Positions 33,047 through 42,941 of a DNA stretch of 64,000 nucleotides are shown here, in pieces. Origin of the DNA: Anaerolineae bacterium (lineage in GTDB: Bacteria; Chloroflexota; Anaerolineae; JAADDB01); NCBI GenBank assembly GCA_015486845.1, contig WFQU01000020.1, positions 13,214-77,213 of the forward strand, read 5' to 3'. How positions within the stretch are numbered: the first letter of the stretch is position 1; each line of letters starts with the position of its first letter. Both the position numbers and the translations under genes were made by a program. The notes under the pieces are model-generated. The model saw only the letters and a list, made by a program, of their open reading frames with translations, was not told the DNA's origin and searched no databases.

Positions 33047-34396
33047 ATGCGTCACATCGTGGCATCATGGCTGGCGCTAATTTTCCTTTTAGGCACAGGT
33101 TTTCTGATTTTCGGGTCACCATATAGCCAGGCCGCATCGTCATGGCTGCCGTTTGCCTGCATCAACGACCGTTACGAGCCTAACAATGACCCGGCACACG
33201 CCACAGAGCTGCCCGACGGTCATTACGAAAATCTGCAAATCTGTGCGGGCGACCAGGATTGGTTTGCTGTGGACCTACCGGCTAACAGTTTCCTCGACGC
33301 CCAAACCACATTTAGCCGGGCTAGCGGCGACTTAGATATGTATCTTATCGACGCCAGTGGTCAGAGAACCTTGGCTTCCGGCAAACGCATCGTGGACGGC
33401 GAAACGATCCATTACGCCAGCCAACGGTCACAACGCGCCTATGTGGTGGTCAATGGCTTCAATGGAGCTATCAACCGCTACACCTTGACAATCAACCGCT
33501 GCGTGGACGATCCTTACGAAGAGAATGACGTGCCCAATCAGGCTAAGCGCATCTCGCCGGGACATTACGATCTGCATTTGTGCCAGGATAGCGAGCACCC
33601 GGACCAGGATTGGTTCGCTGTGGACCTGCCGGCCAACAGCGCCTTAGTCGTGGACTTGACCTTCAGCAACGCCAACGGCGACTTGGATCTCTATCTTACC
33701 AATGGCAACGGCAGTCGCACTTTCAGCAGCGGCAGTACCCCTACGGACAACGAACACGCCGCGGTGGTGATCAAAACGGCGCAACGCGTGCTCATCAACG
33801 TCGACGGCTATCACGGCGCTTCCAACGCTTATGGGATGGACGTCGCGGTGACGAACCTGGGCGTTTGCCAGCCGGATGCCGCCGAGCCTAACAACAACAT
33901 CGCCTCGGCCTACAATCTAACGCCGGGCACCATAGCCGATCTCACCCTTTGCCCGGACGATACCGACTATTTCAGCGTTACGCTCCCCGCCGGCGCCCGC
34001 ATGACGGGTGACATCACATTCCGCAACGATTTCGGTGACATAGACCTTTTCCTACTGGACGATACAGGCCATGTTTTAGCCGCCAGCCGCGGTATTATGA
34101 CCGACAGGGAAGCCATTACCTACACGACCTCCCTCAGCGCAAACTATTTTTGGCAAGTCGTGGGTGACCTGGAGGTCGGCAACCCGTACACGCTAACCTA
34201 CTCCCTGGCTACGGCGACGCCAACCCCCACGGTTACACCGACGCCTACAGCAACAGGAACAGCCACAGCCACACCAACAGCCACGGCAACAGCAACACCC
34301 ACAGTTACGGTCACGCCCATGACAACACCTACGGCATCGCCAACGCCCACATTTACTATCTATTTGCCACTACTGACTAATGTGGGCGGCAACTAA
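33047..34396 (+). CDS. Secreted protein with 4 pre-peptidase C-terminal (PPC)-like domains and PT-rich C-terminal tail
   Basis: A signal peptide, then four repeats of the pattern EPNND...A..L..G.Y..L.IC..DQDWFAVDLPANS...GDLDLYL. It ends with a TPTPTVTPTPTATGTATATPTATATATPTVTVTP low-complexity tail. Confidence 0.65.
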   Translation: MRHIVASWLALIFLLGTGFLIFGSPYSQAASSWLPFACINDRYEPNNDPAHATELPDGHYENLQICAGDQDWFAVDLPANSFLDAQTTFSRASGDLDMYLIDASGQRTLASGKRIVDGETIHYASQRSQRAYVVVNGFNGAINRYTLTINRCVDDPYEENDVPNQAKRISPGHYDLHLCQDSEHPDQDWFAVDLPANSALVVDLTFSNANGDLDLYLTNGNGSRTFSSGSTPTDNEHAAVVIKTAQRVLINVDGYHGASNAYGMDVAVTNLGVCQPDAAEPNNNIASAYNLTPGTIADLTLCPDDTDYFSVTLPAGARMTGDITFRNDFGDIDLFLLDDTGHVLAASRGIMTDREAITYTTSLSANYFWQVVGDLEVGNPYTLTYSLATATPTPTVTPTPTATGTATATPTATATATPTVTVTPMTTPTASPTPTFTIYLPLLTNVGGN

Positions 34397-34467
34397 ATAG
34401 GCCCGAACCCGTCTTTTACAGCGGAAATCAAACAAGACCACGCCGAGAAAAAGGATAACACGAGACC

Positions 34468-36693
34468 ATGGCCCAACTTTTCGAAACAATAAAGAGAATA
34501 AGTGGACTGGCCCATAAGAAAAATAGTCGCCAGACGCACAAATTTAGCACTTTTGGCGGCGTGTTCACGCCCACACTTTTGACAATTTTAGGCGCTGTGA
34601 TGTATTTGCGCACCGGTTGGGTTGTGGGCAACGCGGGATTAGGCGGTGCACTGCTTATCATTATCCTGGCTAACGCCATTACCATTAGCACCGGCTTGTC
34701 TATTTCCTCAGTTGCCACGAACATTCGCGTCCAAGCCGGGGGCGCTTTTTCCATTATTTCCCAGTCCTTAGGCTTGGAAGTCGGCGGCAGTGTCAGCGTC
34801 CCCTTCTACTTTGCCCAATCTGTGGCGGTTGCCTTCTACATTTTCGCTTTTAGCGAAGGCTGGCAACGTATTTTCCCCCAACACCCACAACTATTAGTCG
34901 TCCTGGCCAGTTTCGCGGTAGCCTTCATCATAGCTTTAATCAGCGCCGACTTAGCTGTTCGCATTCAATACGTCATTCTGACTATTATTTTCGTCTCCCT
35001 TTTTGCCATCTTCTTGGCCGCGTTTACCGTATTCGGCGGCACAGGTTTCACAGAAAACCCACAACTATGGGGTAGCTTTCAAGACGGCAATTTTTGGTAT
35101 GTTTTCGCGGTGTTTTTCCCGGCCGTGACTGGCATTTTAGCCGGCGTCAACATGTCGGGCGACCTGAAAGATCCTCGTGAGAGCATTCCGAAAGGGATGT
35201 TGAGCGCTATTGCAGTGAGTATCCTTGTTTATGCCGGATTAGCATTCTGGCTTTCCCGGGTTGCCACACCCCACGAGCTTTTGACTAATATGACCATCGT
35301 CGTGGATAAATCCCTTTCCCCGCCCATCGTGCTGGCGGGCATTTTAGCGGCAACCTTCTCTTCTGCCCTCACATCTTTAGTCGGAGCGCCGCGGGTGTTG
35401 CAAGCGATTGCTGCCCACGGCGTGCTGCCCAACGGCAAAGCATTCGCCCGAGAAACGAACTCCGGCGAACCGCGGCCAGCAATGTACATCACCGGCGGCA
35501 TTGCGCTCGTCTCCCTCGCATTTGGCCTGCTAAGCGGGGGACTCAACGCCATTGCGCCATTGATGACCATGTTTTTCCTCATCACGTACGCCGTACTCAA
35601 TGGCGTCGTACTCCTGGAACAATCGTTACAGTTAGTCAGCTTCCGCCCGCTCTTCCGTGTACCCAGGATCGTTCCCTCCATCGGCTTAGTGGGATCATTG
35701 TTCGTTATGTTCCTCATCAACCCGGCTTTCAGCTTAGTAGCGTTAGTGATCATCGTCGTGATCTATGCGTATCTCTCCCGGCGTCGGCTCAGTGCACCCT
35801 GGAGCGATGTGCGCAGCGGTCTTTTCGTGACTGTGGCAGAATGGGCAGCCCAACAAGTCAGCAAGCTGCCCACATCCCAGGAACGGGCCTGGAGCGCCAA
35901 CCTTCTAGTGCCTGCCCAATCCACCGAAGCGGTCTTAGGTAGCTATCGATTCATCAAGACATTGACTTTCCCGCGCGGATCGGTGCGTCTCGTGGGACTT
36001 TACCCACCCGGGCAACAGAATCAAGTAGCAGGTTTAGTCACTATGTCCAAAGATTTTTCCAGAGATAATGTTTTCTCATGGGTAACCTTGCTGGAAACTG
36101 AGGATTTCACCAAAGGGCTACAAATCAGCATTGACGTTTTGCACAGTGTCTTCTTCCGGCCTAACATTATCTTCTTGCCCGTGGTTACTGGCGTCGAAGA
36201 AAGTACATTACAAGCAATCTTAGCCCGTGCGCAAGCCAACGAGATGGGCGCTATTCTTTTCGCTCCGCATCCCGTCATTCATTTGGGCCGGGAGCACACC
36301 ATCAACGTTTGGATCAGGGAACAAAGCCCAAACTGGGAAGTTGGACTGCGACTTTCTAACTTAGACCTAGCTTTGTTGCTGGCGTACAAAGTCAAAAACA
36401 ACTGGAACGGTCACATCAACCTTATTACCATCGTATCCGATCCGGCCGAGAAAGAAAACGGGGAGAACTTCTTGGCTCAGCTTATTCGCTTAGGACGCAT
36501 GCCCAAACACACCAGCGCCATCGTGAAAGTCGGGACACTGCCCAACTTTCTGCCCCAAGCGCCATTAGCAGACCTAAACATTTTCGGCCTGCAGAAACAG
36601 GTCGATACTGATTTTATCGACCGCATGGTTACGGTAACTAATGCTCCATGTATTTTCGTGCGCGATTCCGGCACAGAAAGTGCATTGGCTTGA
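34468..36693 (+). CDS. Cation-chloride cotransporter (SLC12/CCC)-like APC-superfamily permease with large C-terminal cytoplasmic domain
   Basis: The N-terminal FSTFGGVFTPTLLTILGAVMYLRTGWVVGNAGL resembles the CCC family signature. It has about 12 TM segments plus a ~300 aa hydrophilic C-terminal domain. Confidence 0.65.
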   Translation: MAQLFETIKRISGLAHKKNSRQTHKFSTFGGVFTPTLLTILGAVMYLRTGWVVGNAGLGGALLIIILANAITISTGLSISSVATNIRVQAGGAFSIISQSLGLEVGGSVSVPFYFAQSVAVAFYIFAFSEGWQRIFPQHPQLLVVLASFAVAFIIALISADLAVRIQYVILTIIFVSLFAIFLAAFTVFGGTGFTENPQLWGSFQDGNFWYVFAVFFPAVTGILAGVNMSGDLKDPRESIPKGMLSAIAVSILVYAGLAFWLSRVATPHELLTNMTIVVDKSLSPPIVLAGILAATFSSALTSLVGAPRVLQAIAAHGVLPNGKAFARETNSGEPRPAMYITGGIALVSLAFGLLSGGLNAIAPLMTMFFLITYAVLNGVVLLEQSLQLVSFRPLFRVPRIVPSIGLVGSLFVMFLINPAFSLVALVIIVVIYAYLSRRRLSAPWSDVRSGLFVTVAEWAAQQVSKLPTSQERAWSANLLVPAQSTEAVLGSYRFIKTLTFPRGSVRLVGLYPPGQQNQVAGLVTMSKDFSRDNVFSWVTLLETEDFTKGLQISIDVLHSVFFRPNIIFLPVVTGVEESTLQAILARAQANEMGAILFAPHPVIHLGREHTINVWIREQSPNWEVGLRLSNLDLALLLAYKVKNNWNGHINLITIVSDPAEKENGENFLAQLIRLGRMPKHTSAIVKVGTLPNFLPQAPLADLNIFGLQKQVDTDFIDRMVTVTNAPCIFVRDSGTESALA

Positions 36694-36709
36694 GCCCCAT
36701 AGATCCTTA

Positions 36710-37213
36710 TCAGCCCGCGTTTGATTTTTCCCGCCAAACAAATAGACCGCTGGCGGCTAAACTACCGGCTAAAAACAGATCTATCCCTTGCAAATGGCCT
36801 TGTGGCACCGAGCAATGATTATCACCGATCAAAAACCAATGTGACGTCGGTTTCTTACCGTGCGTGGATAGCCAGATTTCCAAACATTCGCCATTTTGCA
36901 CCGCGCGTGAAAGCTGGACCTCAAATGTACCATCTGGTTGCACTCGCCCCATGCCTAACAATTTTCCTTCCCAAGGGAAGTGGCCAGTAACAACAGGCCC
37001 CAGCTCGGAACCAATACTCACGACAGCCACCCAGGCGCCAGCGCCATCAGCACCAACTTTACCGCGTATGGTCTCACTATTGACCGATGGCCATTGGAAA
37101 ACAGATGTTCGCTTATATGATTTAGTCCTGACAATAATGATTCCGCCTATCAGGACAGCGATTATCAGAACGACGACGACAACAACAATGTGCCATGACT
37201 TCTTCATTTCCAT
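36710..37213 (-). CDS. Hypothetical membrane-anchored protein
   Basis: A single N-terminal TM (HIVVVVVVLIIAVLIGGIIIV) followed by a ~140 aa domain with no similarity to anything. An RBS-like GGAAGATA precedes ATG at 37213. Confidence 0.45.
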   Translation of the reverse strand: MEMKKSWHIVVVVVVLIIAVLIGGIIIVRTKSYKRTSVFQWPSVNSETIRGKVGADGAGAWVAVVSIGSELGPVVTGHFPWEGKLLGMGRVQPDGTFEVQLSRAVQNGECLEIWLSTHGKKPTSHWFLIGDNHCSVPQGHLQGIDLFLAGSLAASGLFVWREKSNAG

Positions 37214-37390
37214 TATCTTCCGAAACTCCTTACAAACAAGCTTAGGCGAATAGTCGAGCAACCTACGCACCGCTCATTCTATCATAACTCGGCAAGATGC
37301 ACATGTCACACGTCATAACAATAATTAAGCATTTCGAACTAAAGTGAGCGTGACGCCTGCTAACCATCGTCCAAATAATGGGTCACCGTT

Positions 37391-37457
37391 GGATCGCGAG
37401 GACAGGTTTCGCAACTGTGGCCGCTATTTCCAATCGCCGGACGGAGTAGACCGAGCC
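37391..37457 (-). repeat. R1 repeat, partial copy e
   Basis: The reverse complement reads CCGGCGATTGGAAATAGCGGCCACAGTTGCGAAACCTGTCCTCGCGATCC, with GGAGTAGAC adjacent. Confidence 0.5.
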
Positions 37458-37464
37458 GTTACGC

Positions 37465-39426
37465 TTACTTGTGAAAATAAGCTTTCATTATTTCTCGAGC
37501 CACGGGGACAGCCACTGAGGAGCCTTCACCCCCCCCATAAACAAAAACTACGAGGGCCAACTGGGGGTCATTATACGGCGCGAAGGCAGTGAACCAGGCG
37601 TGCGAGGGTAAATTTCCTTCCGCGTCGCGATCGACACGACCGTCGCCGTTCAAATCCACAGCGAACTCGGCTGTCCCCGTCTTGCCGGCAATGGCAAGGC
37701 CGGGAATGCGCATATTCAGCGCTGTACCGCGAGGCCAGTTGACTGCTCCGTACATCCCTTCGCGCACTAACTGTAGATATTTTTGTTTGATGGGCAACTG
37801 ACGGATAATTTTAGGCTGAAAATCACGGATGACCTTGCCCTCGGCATCCCGCACTTGATACACCAACTGAGGCCGCCACAATTTTCCACCATCGGCCACA
37901 GCAACGGTCGCGTTCAACATCTGGAGTGGTGTTACCTCCAGAAAGCCCTGGCCAATGCTCATATTATAGGTGTCGCCTGTCACCCAGCTCTCAGCATAGT
38001 TCAGCCGTTTCCAAGTGGGCGATGGCACCAAGCCGCTGCTTTCCCCGGGAAAATCGATACCGGTCCGGGCGCCAAATCCGAACAGTTTAGCGTATTTGTC
38101 CAGCCGGTCTATGCCAAGTCCTTTGTAATCCTGGTAGCCACCACCCACTTTGTAAAAAAAGGTGTCACAGGAAACAGAGAGCGCCTGGGCGACGTTAAGG
38201 TAGCCATGATCTGTGTTGTACTTGTAAATCCAGTCATAGAAAATCTGTGCTTTAGTCATGTCGTTGGGAAAATACTTGTTGGGAATGACTAAAATAGCTT
38301 CGCCTTTCATACGTGTGTCCGGCTGCAACGTGCCTGCTTGCAAGGCTCCGGATGCTGGCACAATTTTGAAGACCGAGCCGGGCGGGTAAATACCGGAAAT
38401 AGCTTTATTCACCAGGGGATGCCACTGGTTTTGTAGCAGCTCATTGTATCGCTTCGCCGAGATACCTCCTGCGAACCAGTTGTTGTCAAAAGAAGGCAAA
38501 CTTACCATGGCCAATATAGCGCCGTTCTTCGGGTTCATGGCAATGACAACGCCGCTGGAAGCGTGGACCTTGGCCATTTCTTCTTGTAAGGCGCGGGTGG
38601 CAATCCCTTGCAGATTCATGTCTAACGTGAGGACAAGGCTGTTGCCGGGGGTCGCTTTGTGATAGACGCCTAATGTGCGTCGTTCCCGACCAAACACATC
38701 CACTTCCACATATTTTGCCCCGGGATGACCACGCAGAACATCTTCGTAAGTTGCCTCTAAGCCAGCTACGCCAATGCGATCGTTGGGACTGTATCCTTGT
38801 TTTCGGTAGCTCTGCCAGCGGTTCGCTGGGATAGCCCCCATATAGCCAATGAGCGGTGCCGTCAAAGCGCCGGTGGGGTATTCGCGCACTGCGATTGGCC
38901 GAACATGCACACCTGGGAAATTCAAATTGCGCTCGCTGAGGAGAAAAGCGACATTTTGCGGCACACCGTCCGCCACGACAATCGGCTGAGAGGCAGCACC
39001 CAGCAGTTGCGTGCTGGCTCTCGCGTAGAGCGCCTCCGGCGTGGCAAAATGGAGGTACATAGCACTGGTTGTTTGCGTTGCGTCCCGTTTTGTCCGCGCC
39101 AGGGATGCTTCCAATAGTACGAAAAGACGTTTCAATGCTGCTTTGGCTTCGTCCGGTTGGCCAGGCAAATCGGCCGGAATGATTGTCACCTGAAACCGGG
39201 GGCGATTGTGGACTAATATTGTGCCGTTACGGTCGTACATAATCCCGCGCATAGCGGGAATAACGACGTCGCGTAGACGATTCTCTTTTGCCAAATTCCG
39301 GTAAGTCGCACCTTGCACGATTTGCAACTGGTATAAGCGCCCCAATACCACTAAAAGAAATAGAACTGTTGCCAATTGCAACAACCGTAAGCGTCCGATA
39401 GTTGCAAAATCTTTCTCTTTTTTCAC
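37465..39426 (-). CDS. mrdA: Penicillin-binding protein 2 (peptidoglycan D,D-transpeptidase)
   Basis: N-terminal TM, the PBP dimerisation domain, and a transpeptidase domain with SxxK (PGSVFK), SxN and KTG(T) motifs (GKTGTAE). It is the last gene of the mreBCD cluster. Confidence 0.9.
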   Translation of the reverse strand: MKKEKDFATIGRLRLLQLATVLFLLVVLGRLYQLQIVQGATYRNLAKENRLRDVVIPAMRGIMYDRNGTILVHNRPRFQVTIIPADLPGQPDEAKAALKRLFVLLEASLARTKRDATQTTSAMYLHFATPEALYARASTQLLGAASQPIVVADGVPQNVAFLLSERNLNFPGVHVRPIAVREYPTGALTAPLIGYMGAIPANRWQSYRKQGYSPNDRIGVAGLEATYEDVLRGHPGAKYVEVDVFGRERRTLGVYHKATPGNSLVLTLDMNLQGIATRALQEEMAKVHASSGVVIAMNPKNGAILAMVSLPSFDNNWFAGGISAKRYNELLQNQWHPLVNKAISGIYPPGSVFKIVPASGALQAGTLQPDTRMKGEAILVIPNKYFPNDMTKAQIFYDWIYKYNTDHGYLNVAQALSVSCDTFFYKVGGGYQDYKGLGIDRLDKYAKLFGFGARTGIDFPGESSGLVPSPTWKRLNYAESWVTGDTYNMSIGQGFLEVTPLQMLNATVAVADGGKLWRPQLVYQVRDAEGKVIRDFQPKIIRQLPIKQKYLQLVREGMYGAVNWPRGTALNMRIPGLAIAGKTGTAEFAVDLNGDGRVDRDAEGNLPSHAWFTAFAPYNDPQLALVVFVYGGGEGSSVAVPVAREIMKAYFHK

Positions 39427-39430
39427 GCCA

Positions 39431-39958
39431 TCATCCCCATTGCAAAGATTGTTGGCTGGTTAAATATTCTAAGATGCGCAAGACAAAGAAAAGCGGCCAC
39501 ATCAAGACAGCATTATAAAGCGCCGAGAGTAAAATAACGAGTAATAGGGAGCTGATGCTGCCAACGCTGCCTCCGGTTACTAAGCGACCTAAAATAAAAA
39601 GAAGGTACTCTAACCAGGTTAACAAGAAAACCCAACCGCTGGCTAATAGCGAACGGCCATGAAACATGGTGTGTCGAGAGCGTCCTGCTATCAGGGCAAT
39701 GGCGGCATAGATCAAGGCACTACTACCCAGCGGGCGGTGTGCGACAAGGTCTATGGCTAATCCGGCCACAATGCCCCACAAAGCACCTCGCTGACTGCCC
39801 TGCAGAAGCGCTATCCCTACCACTAACGGCAAAAACAGGTCAGGAATAACGCCGTGTATTCGGAAGAAGGGCATAACACTCACTTGCCAAAGTGCTAAAG
39901 CGAACCAGATCACGATGGCTAAATACGGATAGAAGTTAAAGCGGTGGGATTCATTCAT
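39431..39958 (-). CDS. mreD: Rod shape-determining protein MreD
   Basis: A small polytopic membrane protein immediately downstream of mreC. Confidence 0.75.
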   Translation of the reverse strand: MNESHRFNFYPYLAIVIWFALALWQVSVMPFFRIHGVIPDLFLPLVVGIALLQGSQRGALWGIVAGLAIDLVAHRPLGSSALIYAAIALIAGRSRHTMFHGRSLLASGWVFLLTWLEYLLFILGRLVTGGSVGSISSLLLVILLSALYNAVLMWPLFFVLRILEYLTSQQSLQWG

Positions 39959-40815
39959 GGCTGTGCAATCTTATCCGTTCCTTTGGCATGATCACTGGGG
40001 GGAAAATTCGTAATGACCAGTACTTGTTCCAGCCGTTGGAAATCAACAGTGGGACGGATTACGGCTTCCTGATACATGCCGTAATCTTTTCGCTGGACGG
40101 AAGACACCTGTCCGATGACGAGCCCCGACGGAAAACTGCCGCCGATGCCAGAAGTGAGAACGATATCCCCGGTGCGAATTGTTGCATCTTGGGGCACAAA
40201 AGTCATGAGGGGCGCTTCGAGGCCCCGGCCACGCACCAACCCCGGGGCGCGACTCTCTTGCACTTTAGCATCTACAGCGCTGGAAGGATCAATCAGCAAA
40301 AGCACTTCGCTTGTTCTGGCATGGACTCGCAAAATCCGGCCGACTAAACCCTCAGCCGCAATGACCGGCATCTCTTTGCGAATGCCCTGCTTGGCGCCGA
40401 TGTCGATGGTCACGACGTGCGCGATATTATCCGGCTGAAAACCAATGATTCTGCCTGTGACGGTTGCTCCCCGGAAACTATAAAGCGGGTTCTCGCGGCT
40501 GAACTGCAATAAAGCACGCAATTGCCTGTTTTCTGTTTCGACCTCCGTGAGTTTCACCTGCTTGATTACCAGGTCGTTCAACTGTCGATGCAAAGCGCTA
40601 TTTTCTTCTTGCAAGCGACGTACATCACGCGTTTGGGCAAAAAAACGATGCACGGTTTCGCCTTGCTCTCGCAACCAGATGTCGGGTGAAGTAAACAAGA
40701 CATCTCCCCATTGAAACACGGCTTGTCCTGCACTACTTTGGCTTAAAGCCAAAAGGACAACCATCAAAGTGAGTAGTCCGAAGAGCCAGGCTGACTCTTT
40801 ACGTTTTGAATTCAC
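39955..40815 (-). CDS. mreC: Rod shape-determining protein MreC
   Basis: N-terminal TM, a coiled-coil segment and beta-rich C-terminal domains. It lies between mreB and mreD. Confidence 0.85.
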   Translation of the reverse strand: MNSKRKESAWLFGLLTLMVVLLALSQSSAGQAVFQWGDVLFTSPDIWLREQGETVHRFFAQTRDVRRLQEENSALHRQLNDLVIKQVKLTEVETENRQLRALLQFSRENPLYSFRGATVTGRIIGFQPDNIAHVVTIDIGAKQGIRKEMPVIAAEGLVGRILRVHARTSEVLLLIDPSSAVDAKVQESRAPGLVRGRGLEAPLMTFVPQDATIRTGDIVLTSGIGGSFPSGLVIGQVSSVQRKDYGMYQEAVIRPTVDFQRLEQVLVITNFPPSDHAKGTDKIAQP

Positions 40816-40955
40816 TGGCTAACCATTCATGTATCTCGACTGCCTATATAAACCGCGAGGCAGTAATTTCACTGACTATGCTCGCGCTGACTTGTCCAAT
40901 CTTTTTGAGCTGGGAATGACATGCTTGGAGAGCAACTCGGACCGTGACGAGGTAT

Positions 40956-42020
40956 TTAATGAATTGTACTGCCTCGCTGCATGCCGGTCAACGACTTGCT
41001 GAGCACATCAAAATGTTCCAGTACCATGCTGGCACCGCGGGCAACACAGGTCAATGGATCTTCCGCAACGTGTACGTCAATGCGCGTTTCTTCCGCTAAA
41101 CGCTGCGCCAGGCCGGCTAATTGGGCGCCGCCGCCGGCTAACATGATACCTGTTTCCATTAAGTCAGAAATAAGCTCGGGCGGTGTGCTATCAATGGTAT
41201 CCTTGACTGCATCCACGATACTATTTATAACGCCACTCAAAGCCTCACGAACTTCCACTGAGCTCACGTCGATGCTTTCCGGCAGGCCGGTAATGAGATT
41301 GCGGCCGCGTAACGCATACAACTTTTCCTCCGGAAGCGGGAAGGCTGAACCAATGCTAATTTTCGTGCGTTCCGCCATTTGTTCGCCGATAAAAAGGTTA
41401 TATTTCTGGCGGGCGTACTCCATAATGGCCTGATCCATTTTATCACCAGCCACGCGTAATGAAGTCGCTGCGACAATACTACCCAAGACAATAACGGCGA
41501 TTTCGGTGGTGCCGCCGCCAATATCGACAACCATAGAGCCTCGCGATTCCGATACCGGCAAGCCAGAGCCGATTGCTGCCGCCATAGGTTCCTCGATCAG
41601 AAAGACCCTGCGGGCGCCGGCGCTGAGCGACGCTTCATAAACAGCCCGTTTCTCCACTTCTGTCACACCGCTGGGTATGCCAATTACAATTCGCGGCCGC
41701 GGCATACTAAAAGGCAACGACTCATGGGCCTTATTGATGAAATAGTGCAACATTTTCTCCGTAATATCGAAATCCGAAATAACCCCATCGCGCAGGGGCC
41801 GGACGGCCATGATATTGGAAGGAGTGCGTCCTAACATCTCTTTTGCATCACTTCCGACAGCCAACACCAGGCCCTTTTTATGCTTATCGATGGCAACAAC
41901 GGACGGCTCGTTGATAATAATGCCACGGTTGCGCACGGCGACAATCGTATTAGCCGTACCCAAATCGATGGCAATATCCTGAGAGAACAAACCAAGTACA
42001 AAATTTAACGGGTTGAACAC
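40956..42020 (-). CDS. mreB: Rod shape-determining protein MreB (actin homolog)
   Basis: DIAIDLGTANTIVAV, VVDIGGGTTEIAVI and GIMLAGGGA. Confidence 0.95.
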   Translation of the reverse strand: MFNPLNFVLGLFSQDIAIDLGTANTIVAVRNRGIIINEPSVVAIDKHKKGLVLAVGSDAKEMLGRTPSNIMAVRPLRDGVISDFDITEKMLHYFINKAHESLPFSMPRPRIVIGIPSGVTEVEKRAVYEASLSAGARRVFLIEEPMAAAIGSGLPVSESRGSMVVDIGGGTTEIAVIVLGSIVAATSLRVAGDKMDQAIMEYARQKYNLFIGEQMAERTKISIGSAFPLPEEKLYALRGRNLITGLPESIDVSSVEVREALSGVINSIVDAVKDTIDSTPPELISDLMETGIMLAGGGAQLAGLAQRLAEETRIDVHVAEDPLTCVARGASMVLEHFDVLSKSLTGMQRGSTIH

Positions 42021-42231
42021 GTTGAATAAATATCTCCTCTCGCTACATTAGGCGGGTACCCCACAAAAACCAATTTCACATTATACCACAGACGCCAAGA
42101 AACGGTGAATTGTTTCCATTCTGCCCCCATCGCAGTCTGTAGTGAACAGCTTATCTTGCTAACAACACGCTATCCGCTTACAATGAAGGCGAAACGAAGC
42201 CTACTTAGCGACTGCATATCGAGGTGAAACT

Positions 42232-42903
42232 ATGAAATATCTCGTCATTATTGGTTCTGCTATCGTATTGCCGCTTTTTCTCATTGTTAGTAACACGCGG
42301 CTGCTTATGACACCCGCTTTTGTCGCCCACGAATATCACAGATACGGATTCCCGCCAGCAGAAGTCAGCGCGGTACAACAAGAACGCCAACCATTAGCCA
42401 ATGTAGCGTTACTTTCCATTACGGCACCGGGCGGGTTGGATGCATTGCGCATAGCCAGCTTTGCCGATGGTGCACGCGCTTTTGATCAGCGCGAAGTCAG
42501 CCACATGGCGGACGTACGGGCTTTGGTACAAAGGCTGTTTCAACTTTGGTGGCTCATCCTAATTTTTGGCGGCGGCACAGTCATTTGGCTATGGCGACGG
42601 CGGGAAAAACTCGTTTTGGCCAATGCGCTCTTGGCCGGCGGTCTGGCGACGCTCTGCTTCTTGGCCATTACAACCGTGATCGCTATAGTGGCGTTCGAGC
42701 CATTTTTCATCGCCTTTCACCACCTTTTCTTCAAGGGCAACAGCTGGCTTTTTCCGGAAACATCCACGCTGATCCAGCTTTTCCCGCTGCCGTTCTGGTC
42801 AGATGCCACCTTGCTATTAGGCCTGGCGACTATTGTGGAGGGCGCTATCACCCTGGTGGTCGGTTTTATGTGGCACCACCGTTTAGTCACTCTCGGTCGT
42901 TGA
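42232..42903 (+). CDS. Integral membrane protein, TIGR01906/DUF1461-like (tentative)
   Basis: 223 aa with an N-terminal TM, a central region containing HEYHRYGFP, and three C-terminal TM helices. The topology and size fit DUF1461. Confidence 0.4.
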   Translation: MKYLVIIGSAIVLPLFLIVSNTRLLMTPAFVAHEYHRYGFPPAEVSAVQQERQPLANVALLSITAPGGLDALRIASFADGARAFDQREVSHMADVRALVQRLFQLWWLILIFGGGTVIWLWRRREKLVLANALLAGGLATLCFLAITTVIAIVAFEPFFIAFHHLFFKGNSWLFPETSTLIQLFPLPFWSDATLLLGLATIVEGAITLVVGFMWHHRLVTLGR

Positions 42904-42941
42904 CCTGGACGCAGAGTATGGAAAGCTATGGCGATCGCGCC

